Notes: generated by a model from the letters alone, not told the origin. A DNA stretch of 59,649 nucleotides from Verrucomicrobiia bacterium (GCA_026398175.1 JAPLTJ010000144.1:1-59649), one strand, 5' to 3'; shown: positions 35,302-44,309, counted from the first letter of the stretch. Numbers and translations are program-made.

Positions 35302-35526
35302 CTAACAACCAGCCAATATTTTTTGAGAGCTTCTTTCAAGCCTCTCAAAATGGAGATCAGTGTCTCCCATTCGTGCTTGTGCATGCTCTATCGTAATGCT
35401 GCAAATATTCCCTTGCTGATCAATATCTACAAGGGTGTTTTCATCCCAATCCTGTGTCTCCACTGGCTCATGAGAAAGTAAAGTTATCAAAATGGTATCA
35501 GTGTCTTCAAAATATTTAATCTTCAT
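35302..35526 (-). CDS. DUF2283 family protein (antitoxin-like, orphan)
   Basis: MKIKYFEDTDTILITL... typical DUF2283 N-terminus, 74 aa. Confidence 0.6.
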   Translation of the reverse strand: MKIKYFEDTDTILITLLSHEPVETQDWDENTLVDIDQQGNICSITIEHAQARMGDTDLHFERLERSSQKILAGC

Positions 35527-35550
35527 ATATTTTTATATGTGTTCATTGCT

Positions 35551-35875
35551 GTCCAAAATAAATTAAATTTATATTTCAAAATAAAAAAACGCTACACCCA
35601 ACCGTCATTCCAGCGGACACTGGTACGTCATTCCTGCGAAGGCAGGAACCAGACGGCCGTGGATCTTTATTTTTGTTTTCGTAAAAGTGGTATGATGCTA
35701 CAAAAGGAGAAAATGCTTTCTTTAAAAAAGAAGTGAGACTTTATTTTAGGGGATCATCAATTCTGTACCGACAGTCGCTGAATTCCAGCGTCCGCTGGAA
35801 TGACGGTAATGTATAAATGTAGACAGAATGTGGTTAGCGAGGCACTTCCTTCTGTTGGTAGATTTTATTTTGGAC
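35551..35875. mobile_element. family B, copy B4 (full form, 325 bp)
   Basis: Outer repeats GTCCAAAATAAA (35551) / TTTATTTTGGAC (ends 35875); inner hairpin ends as in B1/B2. Confidence 0.8.
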
Positions 35876-35950
35876 AAGAGTGATCTGTGTTATTTGTTTA
35901 ACTTTAACTGACACTATACCATTTTTACGGATGAGTTGGATTATTTTTTT

Positions 35951-35985
35951 CTGTAGCCTGTAGCCTGTAGCCTGTAGCCTCTCTC
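35951..35985 (+). repeat. heptamer array H18 (type I, 4 perfect + 1 degenerate unit)
   Basis: CTGTAGC x4 CTCTCTC; ends 2 nt before ymdB ATG. Confidence 0.95.
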
Positions 35986-35987
35986 TA

Positions 35988-36773
35988 ATGATCAACATTC
36001 TTTTTTTAGGTGACATCGTCGGAGAACCAGGACGACTTGCTGCAATTCGCACAACAGAGCTTTATCTCGAACGAGGAGATGCCGATTTTGTCATTGCGAA
36101 TGGTGAAAATAGCGCAGCAGGACGCGGCATTACTCCGAAACTCGCTATCGAGCTCATGCGTCATGGCGTTGCCGTCATCACCACAGGCGATCATATTTGG
36201 GATCAGCGAGAAATTGTTCCTTTTCTCGCCACAGAACCACGCCTCCTGCGACCGATCAATTATCCCCCAGGCACTCCTGGCGCTGGAAGTGTTGTCTTAG
36301 AAACAGCCAAGGGACTTGTTGCCGTCATGAATGTCCAAGGAAGAACGTTCATGAACAATGCTCTTGAAAACCCCTTTTTAGCGGCTGCCGCAGAAGTAGA
36401 AGAACTCCGAAAAAAAACGCCCATCATTTTTGTCGACATGCATGCAGAAACGACGAGTGAAAAAATTGCGATGGGTTACTACTTGGATGGCAAGGTTTCT
36501 TGCGTCGTCGGAACTCACACTCACGTTCCCACAGCTGATGAAAAAATCTTACCTGAAGGAACCGCATTTCTCTGCGATGCCGGAATGTGCGGCCCCGAAC
36601 ATTCTTCTTTAGGACGAGCCGTAGAGCCTGTCATTGAGAGGTTCCTCACGTCACGCCCTCAAAAATTCCCCATCGCAGAAGGATCGACTATTGCTTGCGG
36701 AGTCTTGGTGAGCATTGATATTGATACCGGCAAAGCCATTTCGATTCGACGCATTACGGAAAGATACGCTTGA
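35988..36773 (+). CDS. ymdB: YmdB-type metallophosphoesterase (2',3'-cyclic-nucleotide phosphodiesterase)
   Basis: ILFLGDIVGEPGR, ANGENSAAGRGIT, TTGDHIWD motifs. Confidence 0.9.
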   Translation: MINILFLGDIVGEPGRLAAIRTTELYLERGDADFVIANGENSAAGRGITPKLAIELMRHGVAVITTGDHIWDQREIVPFLATEPRLLRPINYPPGTPGAGSVVLETAKGLVAVMNVQGRTFMNNALENPFLAAAAEVEELRKKTPIIFVDMHAETTSEKIAMGYYLDGKVSCVVGTHTHVPTADEKILPEGTAFLCDAGMCGPEHSSLGRAVEPVIERFLTSRPQKFPIAEGSTIACGVLVSIDIDTGKAISIRRITERYA

Positions 36774-36780
36774 TATTCAC

Positions 36781-36811
36781 AATGATGAAAGATGATGAAA
36801 GATGATGAAAG
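36781..36811 (+). repeat. decamer array H19 (GATGATGAAA x3)
   Basis: Three 10-nt units between the ymdB stop and the left arm of repeat A4. Confidence 0.8.
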
Positions 36812-36813
36812 AA

Positions 36814-36963
36814 ATTCACAGGGATAGAAGCGATGGAAGGGATGAAGGCAAAAAAGATTGCCCTCTAAATTCGCTGAAATTTAAAAATCTTTTTTGTGTT
36901 AGTTTGCGCATTTCGAGGTTTATAAATTTCTTTATCCCTTCCATCGCTTCTATCCCTGTGAAT
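36814..36963 (+). mobile_element. family A, copy A4 (150 bp)
   Basis: Perfect 30-bp arms 36814-36843 / 36934-36963; fills the ymdB-ABC spacer. Confidence 0.9.
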
Positions 36964-36983
36964 TTCTTCCTTCTCTCACGTTC

Positions 36984-39900
36984 ATGAAACTTCAACACAG
37001 ACTCGAAGAAGGCCTCCGCCTGCTAAGCCGCTCCAAGCGTTCTTTCCACACGCTTTGGCGGCGTGTAACACGGAAGCCGCGCACGGTCACAGAAGCACCA
37101 AATTTATTACCAACGCTCATCAAAGTTTTAGCTGCGTTCACTCGTACTGATGGAGAAATGCTGGAAGAAGAGATTGATTCGATCCTCGGCTTTCTGCGCT
37201 ATGATTACCCCGAGGCCGTCTACTCCGGATTGCGCCAGCTCTTTCGCCACGCTTTGGAAGAAAAGCAGGATCTTTCAGCCATGGCAGCCAAGCTTGCTGT
37301 TGATTTGAACAATGATCGAAAAATTCTTTTAGGGGTCCAATTGTATGACCTCATTGCCCACTCCGGCATGAAAGCAGAGCAGTTGACCATCTATCATGAT
37401 TTTTTCTCCAAGTTGGGCATGTCAGAACAAGCCATTGAGATTGTCCGTCAACTCAATGCAAATGAAGAATCATCGACTCCACCATCTCTTGATGCCTCAT
37501 CTCAGCTTGAAATTCTGAGCTTCGGCGATGCTCAGCATTGCGACGTAGCTCTTCGCAACTTTCCGCAAAACGAATTTCTCCTCGCTTATCGCTATCATGA
37601 TTTCATTATTTTAAAAAATAAGAGCCTCCGTTCGCTCATGGTGCAAGGACGTCTCCTTAAGCCTCAGGAGTTTTGCCGCATTTATCCAGGGCAACGCATT
37701 CTTGCGGAAGAGCAGGTCATCACGAGTCAAGATCTCTCCTTCTATTTCAATGCCAAAAAAAATGTTACGTTGCCTCATATCTTTGTCGCGATTGATAAAA
37801 ATGAAGTACGACTGAATAAAACACGTAGTCGTGACAGCAGCCTAGAAGTCGCTTTTGGACTCAAGGTTACCGTTAAAGTATTACAAGATCTGCAAGCGAC
37901 CATCAATGGCATCCGCCTTAACAAAGGGACAGCACTACAAGCTCAGCTCGATGACCGCATTCTTTTTAGCAATGGAGGAGAATTAAATCTCAACGATCTT
38001 CGCAGGCGCGTTCGCTCTTTGGGAGGACGCTTTCCATTGAAGGCTTCAAAGTCAGAATATCTTGTTTCTAACAATCCGGGACTCTTGGAAGAAAATGATA
38101 TTTTGCTTTCTCATGGAAGCGGGGGCGAAGTGTTACTCAAGATCACCTGCAATTACGAAGAGCGCACTGGCACTGTAGAAGTACTGCAAGCCGATCGCCC
38201 TATCATTGTCCACGACCTTCCCGTGCGCAACAGTGCTCCTTTAGTTAATGGTGATACCATCGGAATCAATCCTGAACAGCTTCTTCGTTGTAATTTTGTC
38301 GATAGGATCATCGAAGAAGAACGCAATATCATTCACAACCTCGACATGCGCGATGTCATCTGTCGTTTCCCAAATGGCGACATCGCTCTCGATAACCTGA
38401 CTTTTTCCGTGGAGCGAGGAGAGATGATTTGCGTCATGGGTGCGAGCGGTTGCGGCAAAAGCACTTTATTGCGGACGCTCTCGGGAGAATTTAAACCGGT
38501 TCAAGGAGAAGTCCTCCTCAACAATCACTCCCTCTATGCCAATTACGAAGCCCTTCGCCAATACACCGCTTACATTCCTCAATACGAAGCCTTCGATGAA
38601 CAGCTCACGATCGAAGAAAATATTTTTTTCGCGGCAGCCCTCCGAGCCCCTCACCTTTCCCGTCAAGAGCGGCTCCGGCGAATCGACAGCAAATTAGCGG
38701 AGCTTGGCCTGAACGAGCGCCGCAAGAATGTTGTGGGAGCGACCCATCAAAAAGTATTGAGCGGCGGCGAACGGAAACGGCTGAACATCGGTCTCGATAT
38801 GATTGGAACAGCTGACGTCTATCTTTTTGATGAACCGACGTCAGGCCTTTCTTCCAAGGACTCGGAGCATGTCATCGACATTATCCGTGGCATTGCTCAT
38901 AACAAAATTGTCTTGGTGACCATCCATCAACCAACGTCCAAAATTTTTCAGATGTTTCAAAAAGCATTACTCCTCGATCGCGGAGGAAAATGTGTGTTTT
39001 TTGGAACACCCTCTGAAATGCTTGCCTACTTTGCGGAGGCCGAGCATGAACAACTCTTCGGCACGGAACTGGGCGGTTGCCAAGCGTGCGGCGCCACGCG
39101 CCCTGAATTTGTTTTTGATGTTTTAGAAACACCCTTGCGCGATCTCAGCGGCGATCTCATTTATCAAGAAAATAATCGTGGCCAGTTAGTTCCTGCTCGC
39201 CGATTTTCTCCCGATTATTGGCGCGACAAATTTGAAACCCATCGCCTCATCAAGGATGTCCAACAGTCCGTAGGAGCCCGCAGCACTTTAACTCCTACGA
39301 TGGAAGCCCCACAACCACCGCTTCCCATCATCCAACAAGATTACCGATGGCGCGAAGAGGTCTCTCAATTTTTAGTCTTGCTCCAACGTTCTTTCATTAG
39401 CAAATTACGCAATCGCGCTAACCTGCTAACAACATTGGTAGAGGCCCCTCTCCTCGCTTTCCTCATTGGGATTGTCCTCCATTACTCAGAAAGCAGCACG
39501 TATGATTTTGCCTCTGCTTTTCATATTCCGACTTATCTTTTCTTATCGCTCGTAGTAGCAATGTTTTTAGGACTGACTAATAGCGTTGATGACATTATCC
39601 GAGATCGACCAGTGCTCCTACGCGAACGCAATCTCAATGTTCGCCTCGCTTACTACCTGTTGGCAAAAGCCATCACCTTGGGGCTCTTTGCCATCGCTCA
39701 ATGCATTTTATTCACCTGGATTGGAAATCGCGTTTTAAGTATCCGCGGCTTTTTCACGATTGAGTTTCTCTCTCTGTTTCTAACAGCCTTTAGCGGCATC
39801 TCTTTGGGACTTTTGATTTCAGCTCTCGTCGCAGAAGGAAAAACAGCCGTTAACATTATTCCTGTCGTTTTGATTCCACAGATTATTTTGGGAGGAGCCC

Positions 39901-40565
39901 TCATCAAGTATGAAGAGATGAATCGCAACCTTGATTTCATCTACTCGATTCAACAATGGTTTCACCATCATCCCGACTCTGCTATTGAACCACGAAGTGA
40001 TTTGCAAGTTCCACTCATCTGTGAATTCATGCCGATGCGCTGGTCTTATGAAGCCTTGGTCTACGCTCAAGCAAAACTGAATCCCTTGAGCATCCGCCAA
40101 GCCAGAATTCAAGGGCAGATCAATCAAATTGCTGCCATCAAAAATCCTTCAGAACGAGAGTTGAATCGCCTTGATGATTTAAAAGAAGCACTTGCCATTT
40201 TAAGCGGCTTGGAAGCGCCAACGACAGATGATCTTGAACATCGTCTTGCACTCATTGATCGCGTTATTAACGGAGCCACTCTCGACCGCGCCTCCATTGT
40301 AAGCCCTGTTGGCGGCAGCGTCACAGCAGAACAACTCTACACCAATCAAAAAATCATCGACCTGGTTTCTAAAGCAGAAATGGAGCAAGCCGATTATCGC
40401 GACATGCGTCACCCCAATGTTTTCTTTGGTCCCGTTAAATATTATTGGGGCATCACGTTTAACATTCTTACGTTTAATATTGGGGTCTTACTGCTTTCCA
40501 CGGGCGGCATTTTTTGGATACTTTATCTCATCTTGCGTCGACAAATTAAAATTAGGCAGGATTAG
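36984..40565 (+). CDS. large fused ABC transporter: TerB-like N-domain + FHA-like modules (tentative) + ABC ATPase + ABC-2 permease
   Basis: GASGCGKSTLL Walker A, LSGGERKRL signature, LFDEPTSGL Walker B, 6 C-terminal TM segments; N-terminal FTRTDGEMLEEEIDSILGFL is TerB-like. Confidence 0.8.
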   Translation: MKLQHRLEEGLRLLSRSKRSFHTLWRRVTRKPRTVTEAPNLLPTLIKVLAAFTRTDGEMLEEEIDSILGFLRYDYPEAVYSGLRQLFRHALEEKQDLSAMAAKLAVDLNNDRKILLGVQLYDLIAHSGMKAEQLTIYHDFFSKLGMSEQAIEIVRQLNANEESSTPPSLDASSQLEILSFGDAQHCDVALRNFPQNEFLLAYRYHDFIILKNKSLRSLMVQGRLLKPQEFCRIYPGQRILAEEQVITSQDLSFYFNAKKNVTLPHIFVAIDKNEVRLNKTRSRDSSLEVAFGLKVTVKVLQDLQATINGIRLNKGTALQAQLDDRILFSNGGELNLNDLRRRVRSLGGRFPLKASKSEYLVSNNPGLLEENDILLSHGSGGEVLLKITCNYEERTGTVEVLQADRPIIVHDLPVRNSAPLVNGDTIGINPEQLLRCNFVDRIIEEERNIIHNLDMRDVICRFPNGDIALDNLTFSVERGEMICVMGASGCGKSTLLRTLSGEFKPVQGEVLLNNHSLYANYEALRQYTAYIPQYEAFDEQLTIEENIFFAAALRAPHLSRQERLRRIDSKLAELGLNERRKNVVGATHQKVLSGGERKRLNIGLDMIGTADVYLFDEPTSGLSSKDSEHVIDIIRGIAHNKIVLVTIHQPTSKIFQMFQKALLLDRGGKCVFFGTPSEMLAYFAEAEHEQLFGTELGGCQACGATRPEFVFDVLETPLRDLSGDLIYQENNRGQLVPARRFSPDYWRDKFETHRLIKDVQQSVGARSTLTPTMEAPQPPLPIIQQDYRWREEVSQFLVLLQRSFISKLRNRANLLTTLVEAPLLAFLIGIVLHYSESSTYDFASAFHIPTYLFLSLVVAMFLGLTNSVDDIIRDRPVLLRERNLNVRLAYYLLAKAITLGLFAIAQCILFTWIGNRVLSIRGFFTIEFLSLFLTAFSGISLGLLISALVAEGKTAVNIIPVVLIPQIILGGALIKYEEMNRNLDFIYSIQQWFHHHPDSAIEPRSDLQVPLICEFMPMRWSYEALVYAQAKLNPLSIRQARIQGQINQIAAIKNPSERELNRLDDLKEALAILSGLEAPTTDDLEHRLALIDRVINGATLDRASIVSPVGGSVTAEQLYTNQKIIDLVSKAEMEQADYRDMRHPNVFFGPVKYYWGITFNILTFNIGVLLLSTGGIFWILYLILRRQIKIRQD

Positions 40566-40580
40566 CCTACTTGCTAGAAG

Positions 40581-41555
40581 ATGAAAGAATCACTCGAAGA
40601 TCATTGGCATGACATTCTTTCCAAGGCGGCAAGAGGCTTGCAGCTTGATGCTGCAACGCTAACTCAAAAAAGCCATGGGAATGAAAAAAAAACGAGAGAA
40701 CTTTTTGAAGGAATGTGCCATCCAGCAACACTTGCCACCGTGGCTCCAGCACTTCATCTCGATGGCAATGCTCTTCTTGCCATTGCTGCTGATCATTATC
40801 ATCCCGGTCCGATCATCATGCCTCGCAATTTCAAACGGTTCACGTCATCCTACCACGGCATGCAGGTCAACTCCTACCTTCTCTGGAGCGAGGAAAATAA
40901 AAAAGCGGTTGCTTTTGATACTGGCGCAGACATGACTCCTTTGTTAAAAACATTGGAGCAACATCAACTCAAGTTGGACCTGATCTTACTCACACACGGT
41001 CACAGCGATCATGTTTGCCAATTAGAAAATTTGATCGCAACAACAGGAGCTCCAGCCTGGATCAATGAAGCCGATCTGATCTCGCACGCGCAACCTTTCT
41101 CCTTTCCTCGCGCTAGACCCCTTTTAAAACTCGCTGATGCTAGTAAAGTGCCAGGAGACTCCGGCGCGCAGACCCGCAGTGTACAAAACGTACTCGAGGA
41201 CGCGAGCACCGGAGCGACACAGCAATTTGCAGCAGCAGTAGAGTTTGGAAAGAGGTCTAACTGGACACTCGATAACACCATCACCATCGAAGCGCGCCCC
41301 ACACCCGGCCATTCTCCTGGCGGGACAACGTATGTCGTTCGTGGCATGTCATCGGAGATTGCTGTTGTCGGCGATGCTCTTTTTGCTGGCTCCGTCGGAG
41401 GCATCCCTCCCAGCAGCTATGAAGCGGCTTTAAAAGCAATTCGAAAAAATATCTTATCTCTTCCTGATGATACCATTTTAAGCCCTGGCCATGGACCGCT
41501 GACAACCGTTGGCGATGAGAAGGCTCGTAATCCTTTCTTCGCTCGCGCTAAGTAA
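40581..41555 (+). CDS. MBL-fold hydrolase (glyoxalase II-like) carrying an in-frame repeat insertion
   Basis: THGHSDH and TPGHSPG motifs; about 48 codons between them (41113-41260) are a copy of repeat family D. Confidence 0.85.
   Translation: MKESLEDHWHDILSKAARGLQLDAATLTQKSHGNEKKTRELFEGMCHPATLATVAPALHLDGNALLAIAADHYHPGPIIMPRNFKRFTSSYHGMQVNSYLLWSEENKKAVAFDTGADMTPLLKTLEQHQLKLDLILLTHGHSDHVCQLENLIATTGAPAWINEADLISHAQPFSFPRARPLLKLADASKVPGDSGAQTRSVQNVLEDASTGATQQFAAAVEFGKRSNWTLDNTITIEARPTPGHSPGGTTYVVRGMSSEIAVVGDALFAGSVGGIPPSSYEAALKAIRKNILSLPDDTILSPGHGPLTTVGDEKARNPFFARAK
41113..41260 (-). mobile_element. family D, copy D4, inserted in frame inside the MBL-hydrolase gene
   Basis: CGCAGACCCGCAGTGTA...TACTCGAGGACGCGAGCACCGGAGCGAC is the reverse complement of the D1/D2 core; boundaries +/- a few nt. 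Confidence 0.8.
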
Positions 41556-41683
41556 AAATGTAGAAGCTTGACTTTTCCACTCTTCTCTTTGATGATCTGA
41601 TCCCCAATAAATAAGAAATTGTCTTTAAATTCGCAGCCTTAGTAGAATTTTAAGATAATTTCCAGGAAGCAGGTGAAAATTAT

Positions 41684-41881
41684 ATGCCAGAAGTCCTAGT
41701 CCGTAAAGGCGAACCGATTGATAGAGCACTCAAGCGTCTCAAGAGCAAACTCGATACCGAGGGAGTTCTTGACGAAGTGAGGCGTCTTCGCGCGTTCGAA
41801 ACTCCAACGCAAAAAACGAAACGCAAAGCTAAGGCGAGTGCTAAACGCGCTAAAGCTAAGCAACGTTATAACGCTCACTAA
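41684..41881 (+). CDS. rpsU: 30S ribosomal protein S21
   Basis: MPEVLVRKGEPIDRALKRLK... canonical S21. Confidence 0.93.
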   Translation: MPEVLVRKGEPIDRALKRLKSKLDTEGVLDEVRRLRAFETPTQKTKRKAKASAKRAKAKQRYNAH

Positions 41882-41886
41882 CATTC

Positions 41887-42768
41887 GTGAAGTCTCCTGT
41901 TTTTTCTAAAAGCAAGGCTTCCATTATTATTGTTGGCTGTGGCTTTCTTGGTAAAGCCACAGCTCAACTTTTTTCGGAGCAAGGTTATCGCGTGACTAGC
42001 ATTGTCAGCTCCGAAGCCTCTCGAGAAGAGCTTCTCAAAGGCCACCCTTCTTTTGACATCGTTGCTTGTGATATCACGAACAAAGCAGACGTTAAAAAAA
42101 ATTCACCCCAACTCCAAGCGGCTACCTTAATGGTTTATGCCGTGAGCTCTGGAAAAGGAAACGCCGAGGCCTATGCCGCCGTTTATCGTGATGGATTAAA
42201 AAATATCCTCGCTGCTTGGCAACCAGCTCATCTTATCTTTGTCAGTAGCACTTCTGTCTACGCGCAGACAAATGGAGAAATTGTCACTGAATCTTCTGAG
42301 ACAAAACCTGACCGCGCCACTAGTCAAGTCCTCCTTGAAGCCGAAGCGATCGCTCTTGCTGCAGGCGGCAGAGTTACCCGCTTCGCTGGAATTTATGGAC
42401 CTGGGAGATCGGTCCTTTTAAAAAAATTTCTCGCCAACGAAGCTCGACTAGAAGAAGGCGGCCATCGTTGGATCAACCAGATCCATCGCGACGACGGAGC
42501 TCAAGCACTCTATCATCTCGGAACTGCTGCAGCGCCTGCTGGCATTTACAACGTCACCGATGACACGCCTGCAACGCAGCGAGAAGTCTATCAATGGATG
42601 TCAGATTATTTACAACAACCATTGCCTCCGAGCGGTCCTGCAGATTTAAATCGCAAACGAGGATGGACCTCTAAGCGTGTTTCTAATAAAAAACTTCGTG
42701 CCACAGGATGGTCACCGCAATTTCCGAGCTACCGGGAAGCACTGCCGGAATTTTTGAAAAACAAATAA
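41887..42768 (+). CDS. NAD(P)-dependent epimerase/dehydratase-family (extended SDR) protein
   Basis: IIVGCGFLGKA Rossmann motif; GTG start; 293 aa. Confidence 0.7.
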   Translation: MKSPVFSKSKASIIIVGCGFLGKATAQLFSEQGYRVTSIVSSEASREELLKGHPSFDIVACDITNKADVKKNSPQLQAATLMVYAVSSGKGNAEAYAAVYRDGLKNILAAWQPAHLIFVSSTSVYAQTNGEIVTESSETKPDRATSQVLLEAEAIALAAGGRVTRFAGIYGPGRSVLLKKFLANEARLEEGGHRWINQIHRDDGAQALYHLGTAAAPAGIYNVTDDTPATQREVYQWMSDYLQQPLPPSGPADLNRKRGWTSKRVSNKKLRATGWSPQFPSYREALPEFLKNK

Positions 42769-42839
42769 CCACAAAAGAACACAAAGAGCACACAAAAAAA
42801 GAAAACTTAATTCTTTGCGTTCCTTGTGTTCTTTTGTGG
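42769..42839. repeat. family C, copy C2 (16-bp perfect stem)
   Basis: CCACAAAAGAACACAA (42769-42784) / TTGTGTTCTTTTGTGG (42824-42839), starts 1 nt after the SDR stop, followed by a T-rich run; terminator-like. Confidence 0.75.
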
Positions 42840-42888
42840 CTATTCTTCTTTTTTCCGTGTTCTTTTTCGGCTACTTTTTCTCAATCTC

Positions 42889-44268
42889 ATGAAACAGACA
42901 CTCTTAATCGTCGACGATGAAAAAAATACTCGTGATGGCTTAAAAGAAGCCATGAGTGATCATTTCGAGATCTACACCGCAGCCAATATCAAAGGAGCGC
43001 TCGCTGCACTGGACGGTGATCCAGCTGATGCCGTGATCACTGACCTCAAGTTGGCAGGAGAGAGCGGCATGGAGCTTTTAGAAAAAGTCCTCTCTCGTCC
43101 GAATCCTCCACCTTGCATCATGATGACCGCATACGGTTCCGTTGATACGGCTGTTGAAGCGATGAGGCGAGGAGCTTACGATTTTGTCACCAAGCCTGTA
43201 AATATTGAACGCCTCGAAATGCTCGTACGAAGAGCCTTGCGCGAACAGGCGACCGAAAAAGAAAATATTGAGTTGAAACAAGAAATCAACCAAAGCCATG
43301 GTCTAGAGCAAATGATCGGACACTCTTCTCCGATGATAGCTGTCTTTGATACGATTCGTCAGGTAGCTCCCTCCAAAGCAACGGTCCTCATTGAAGGTGA
43401 AAGCGGCACTGGAAAAGAAGTTGCTGCTCGCGCCATTCACGCACTCAGCACTCGCTCGAAGGAACGTTTTGTCGCCGTTCATTGCGCAGCTCTTTCTCCA
43501 CAGCTTCTCGAGAGTGAGCTTTTCGGCCATGAAAAAGGAGCCTTCACGGGTGCCACTGAACGCCGTATTGGCCGCTTTGAACAAGCTAGTGGCGGTACTT
43601 TGTTTTTAGATGAAATCGGCGAGATCGATCCAAGTGTTCAGGTCAAAATTTTGCGCGTTCTGGGTGAGCGGACTTTTGAACGTGTTGGAGGCAATCAAAC
43701 ATTAAGTACTGATGTTCGCCTCATCGCAGCAACGAATCGCAATCTTGAAGAAATGGTTACGGAGGGAACTTTTCGTGATGATCTTTTTTTTCGATTGAAG
43801 GTCGTTCCAATCTTGATGCCACCTCTGCGAGAGCGAAAAGAAGATATCCCTCTCCTCGTTGAATCTTTTTTAGTTGAGATCGCCAAAGAACATCAAAAAC
43901 CGTATCGTTCTTTTTCTTCCGAAGCCATCAACCTGCTCCTCAAATATTCTTGGCCGGGAAATGTGCGCGAACTGCGCACAGCCGTAGAACATGCCATCGT
44001 TTTAAGCCGCAACAAAGAATTACACGTTCTCGATCTACCTCTCGCTGTGCGCAAAGAAATAACAACATCATCCTTCACACCCAAAGCATCCTCCGATCTC
44101 AACTTAGAGCAAGTTGCCAGCACGATGATCGAGCGAGCACTAGAAGAATGTCACGGCAACCGCTCTCAAGCTGCGGAGAAGCTAGGTATCAGCCGGCGAA
44201 CACTCCATCGCAAACTTTCTGCAGAGAAAAGCAATAAATCACAAATAAAAAACCGCACTTCTCTTTGA
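42889..44268 (+). CDS. sigma-54-dependent response regulator (NtrC family: REC + AAA+ + Fis HTH)
   Basis: LLIVDDE...DLKL receiver, GESGTGKE Walker A, GAFTGA sigma-54 contact loop, C-terminal [17 protein letters not shown]. Confidence 0.93.
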   Translation: MKQTLLIVDDEKNTRDGLKEAMSDHFEIYTAANIKGALAALDGDPADAVITDLKLAGESGMELLEKVLSRPNPPPCIMMTAYGSVDTAVEAMRRGAYDFVTKPVNIERLEMLVRRALREQATEKENIELKQEINQSHGLEQMIGHSSPMIAVFDTIRQVAPSKATVLIEGESGTGKEVAARAIHALSTRSKERFVAVHCAALSPQLLESELFGHEKGAFTGATERRIGRFEQASGGTLFLDEIGEIDPSVQVKILRVLGERTFERVGGNQTLSTDVRLIAATNRNLEEMVTEGTFRDDLFFRLKVVPILMPPLRERKEDIPLLVESFLVEIAKEHQKPYRSFSSEAINLLLKYSWPGNVRELRTAVEHAIVLSRNKELHVLDLPLAVRKEITTSSFTPKASSDLNLEQVASTMIERALEECHGNRSQAAEKLGISRRTLHRKLSAEKSNKSQIKNRTSL

Positions 44269-44275
44269 TCTTTAC

Positions 44276-44309
44276 CCTGCAGCCTGTAGCCTGTAGCCTG
44301 TAGCCTTTT
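44276..44309 (+). repeat. heptamer array H20 (type I, 4 units + degenerate)
   Basis: CCTGCAG CCTGTAG x3 CCTTTTA; fills the spacer between the ntrC-like stop (44268) and dcd ATG (44310). Confidence 0.95.

Noticed and set aside
36802-36998. Two 60-aa ORFs on opposite strands (36802..36987, 36816..36998) and the recurring peptide IHRDRSDGRDE (also at 20093-20125)
   Set aside because: Both lie wholly inside palindromic element A4. The same DNA occurs in both orientations and in non-coding positions, so the peptide similarity is a by-product of the repeat.
42826-42888. N-terminal extension of the NtrC-like ORF (MFFCGYSSFFRVLFRLLFLNL)
   Set aside because: It is encoded by the right arm and T-rich tail of repeat C2. 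The receiver domain begins at [11 protein letters not shown] (ATG 42889).
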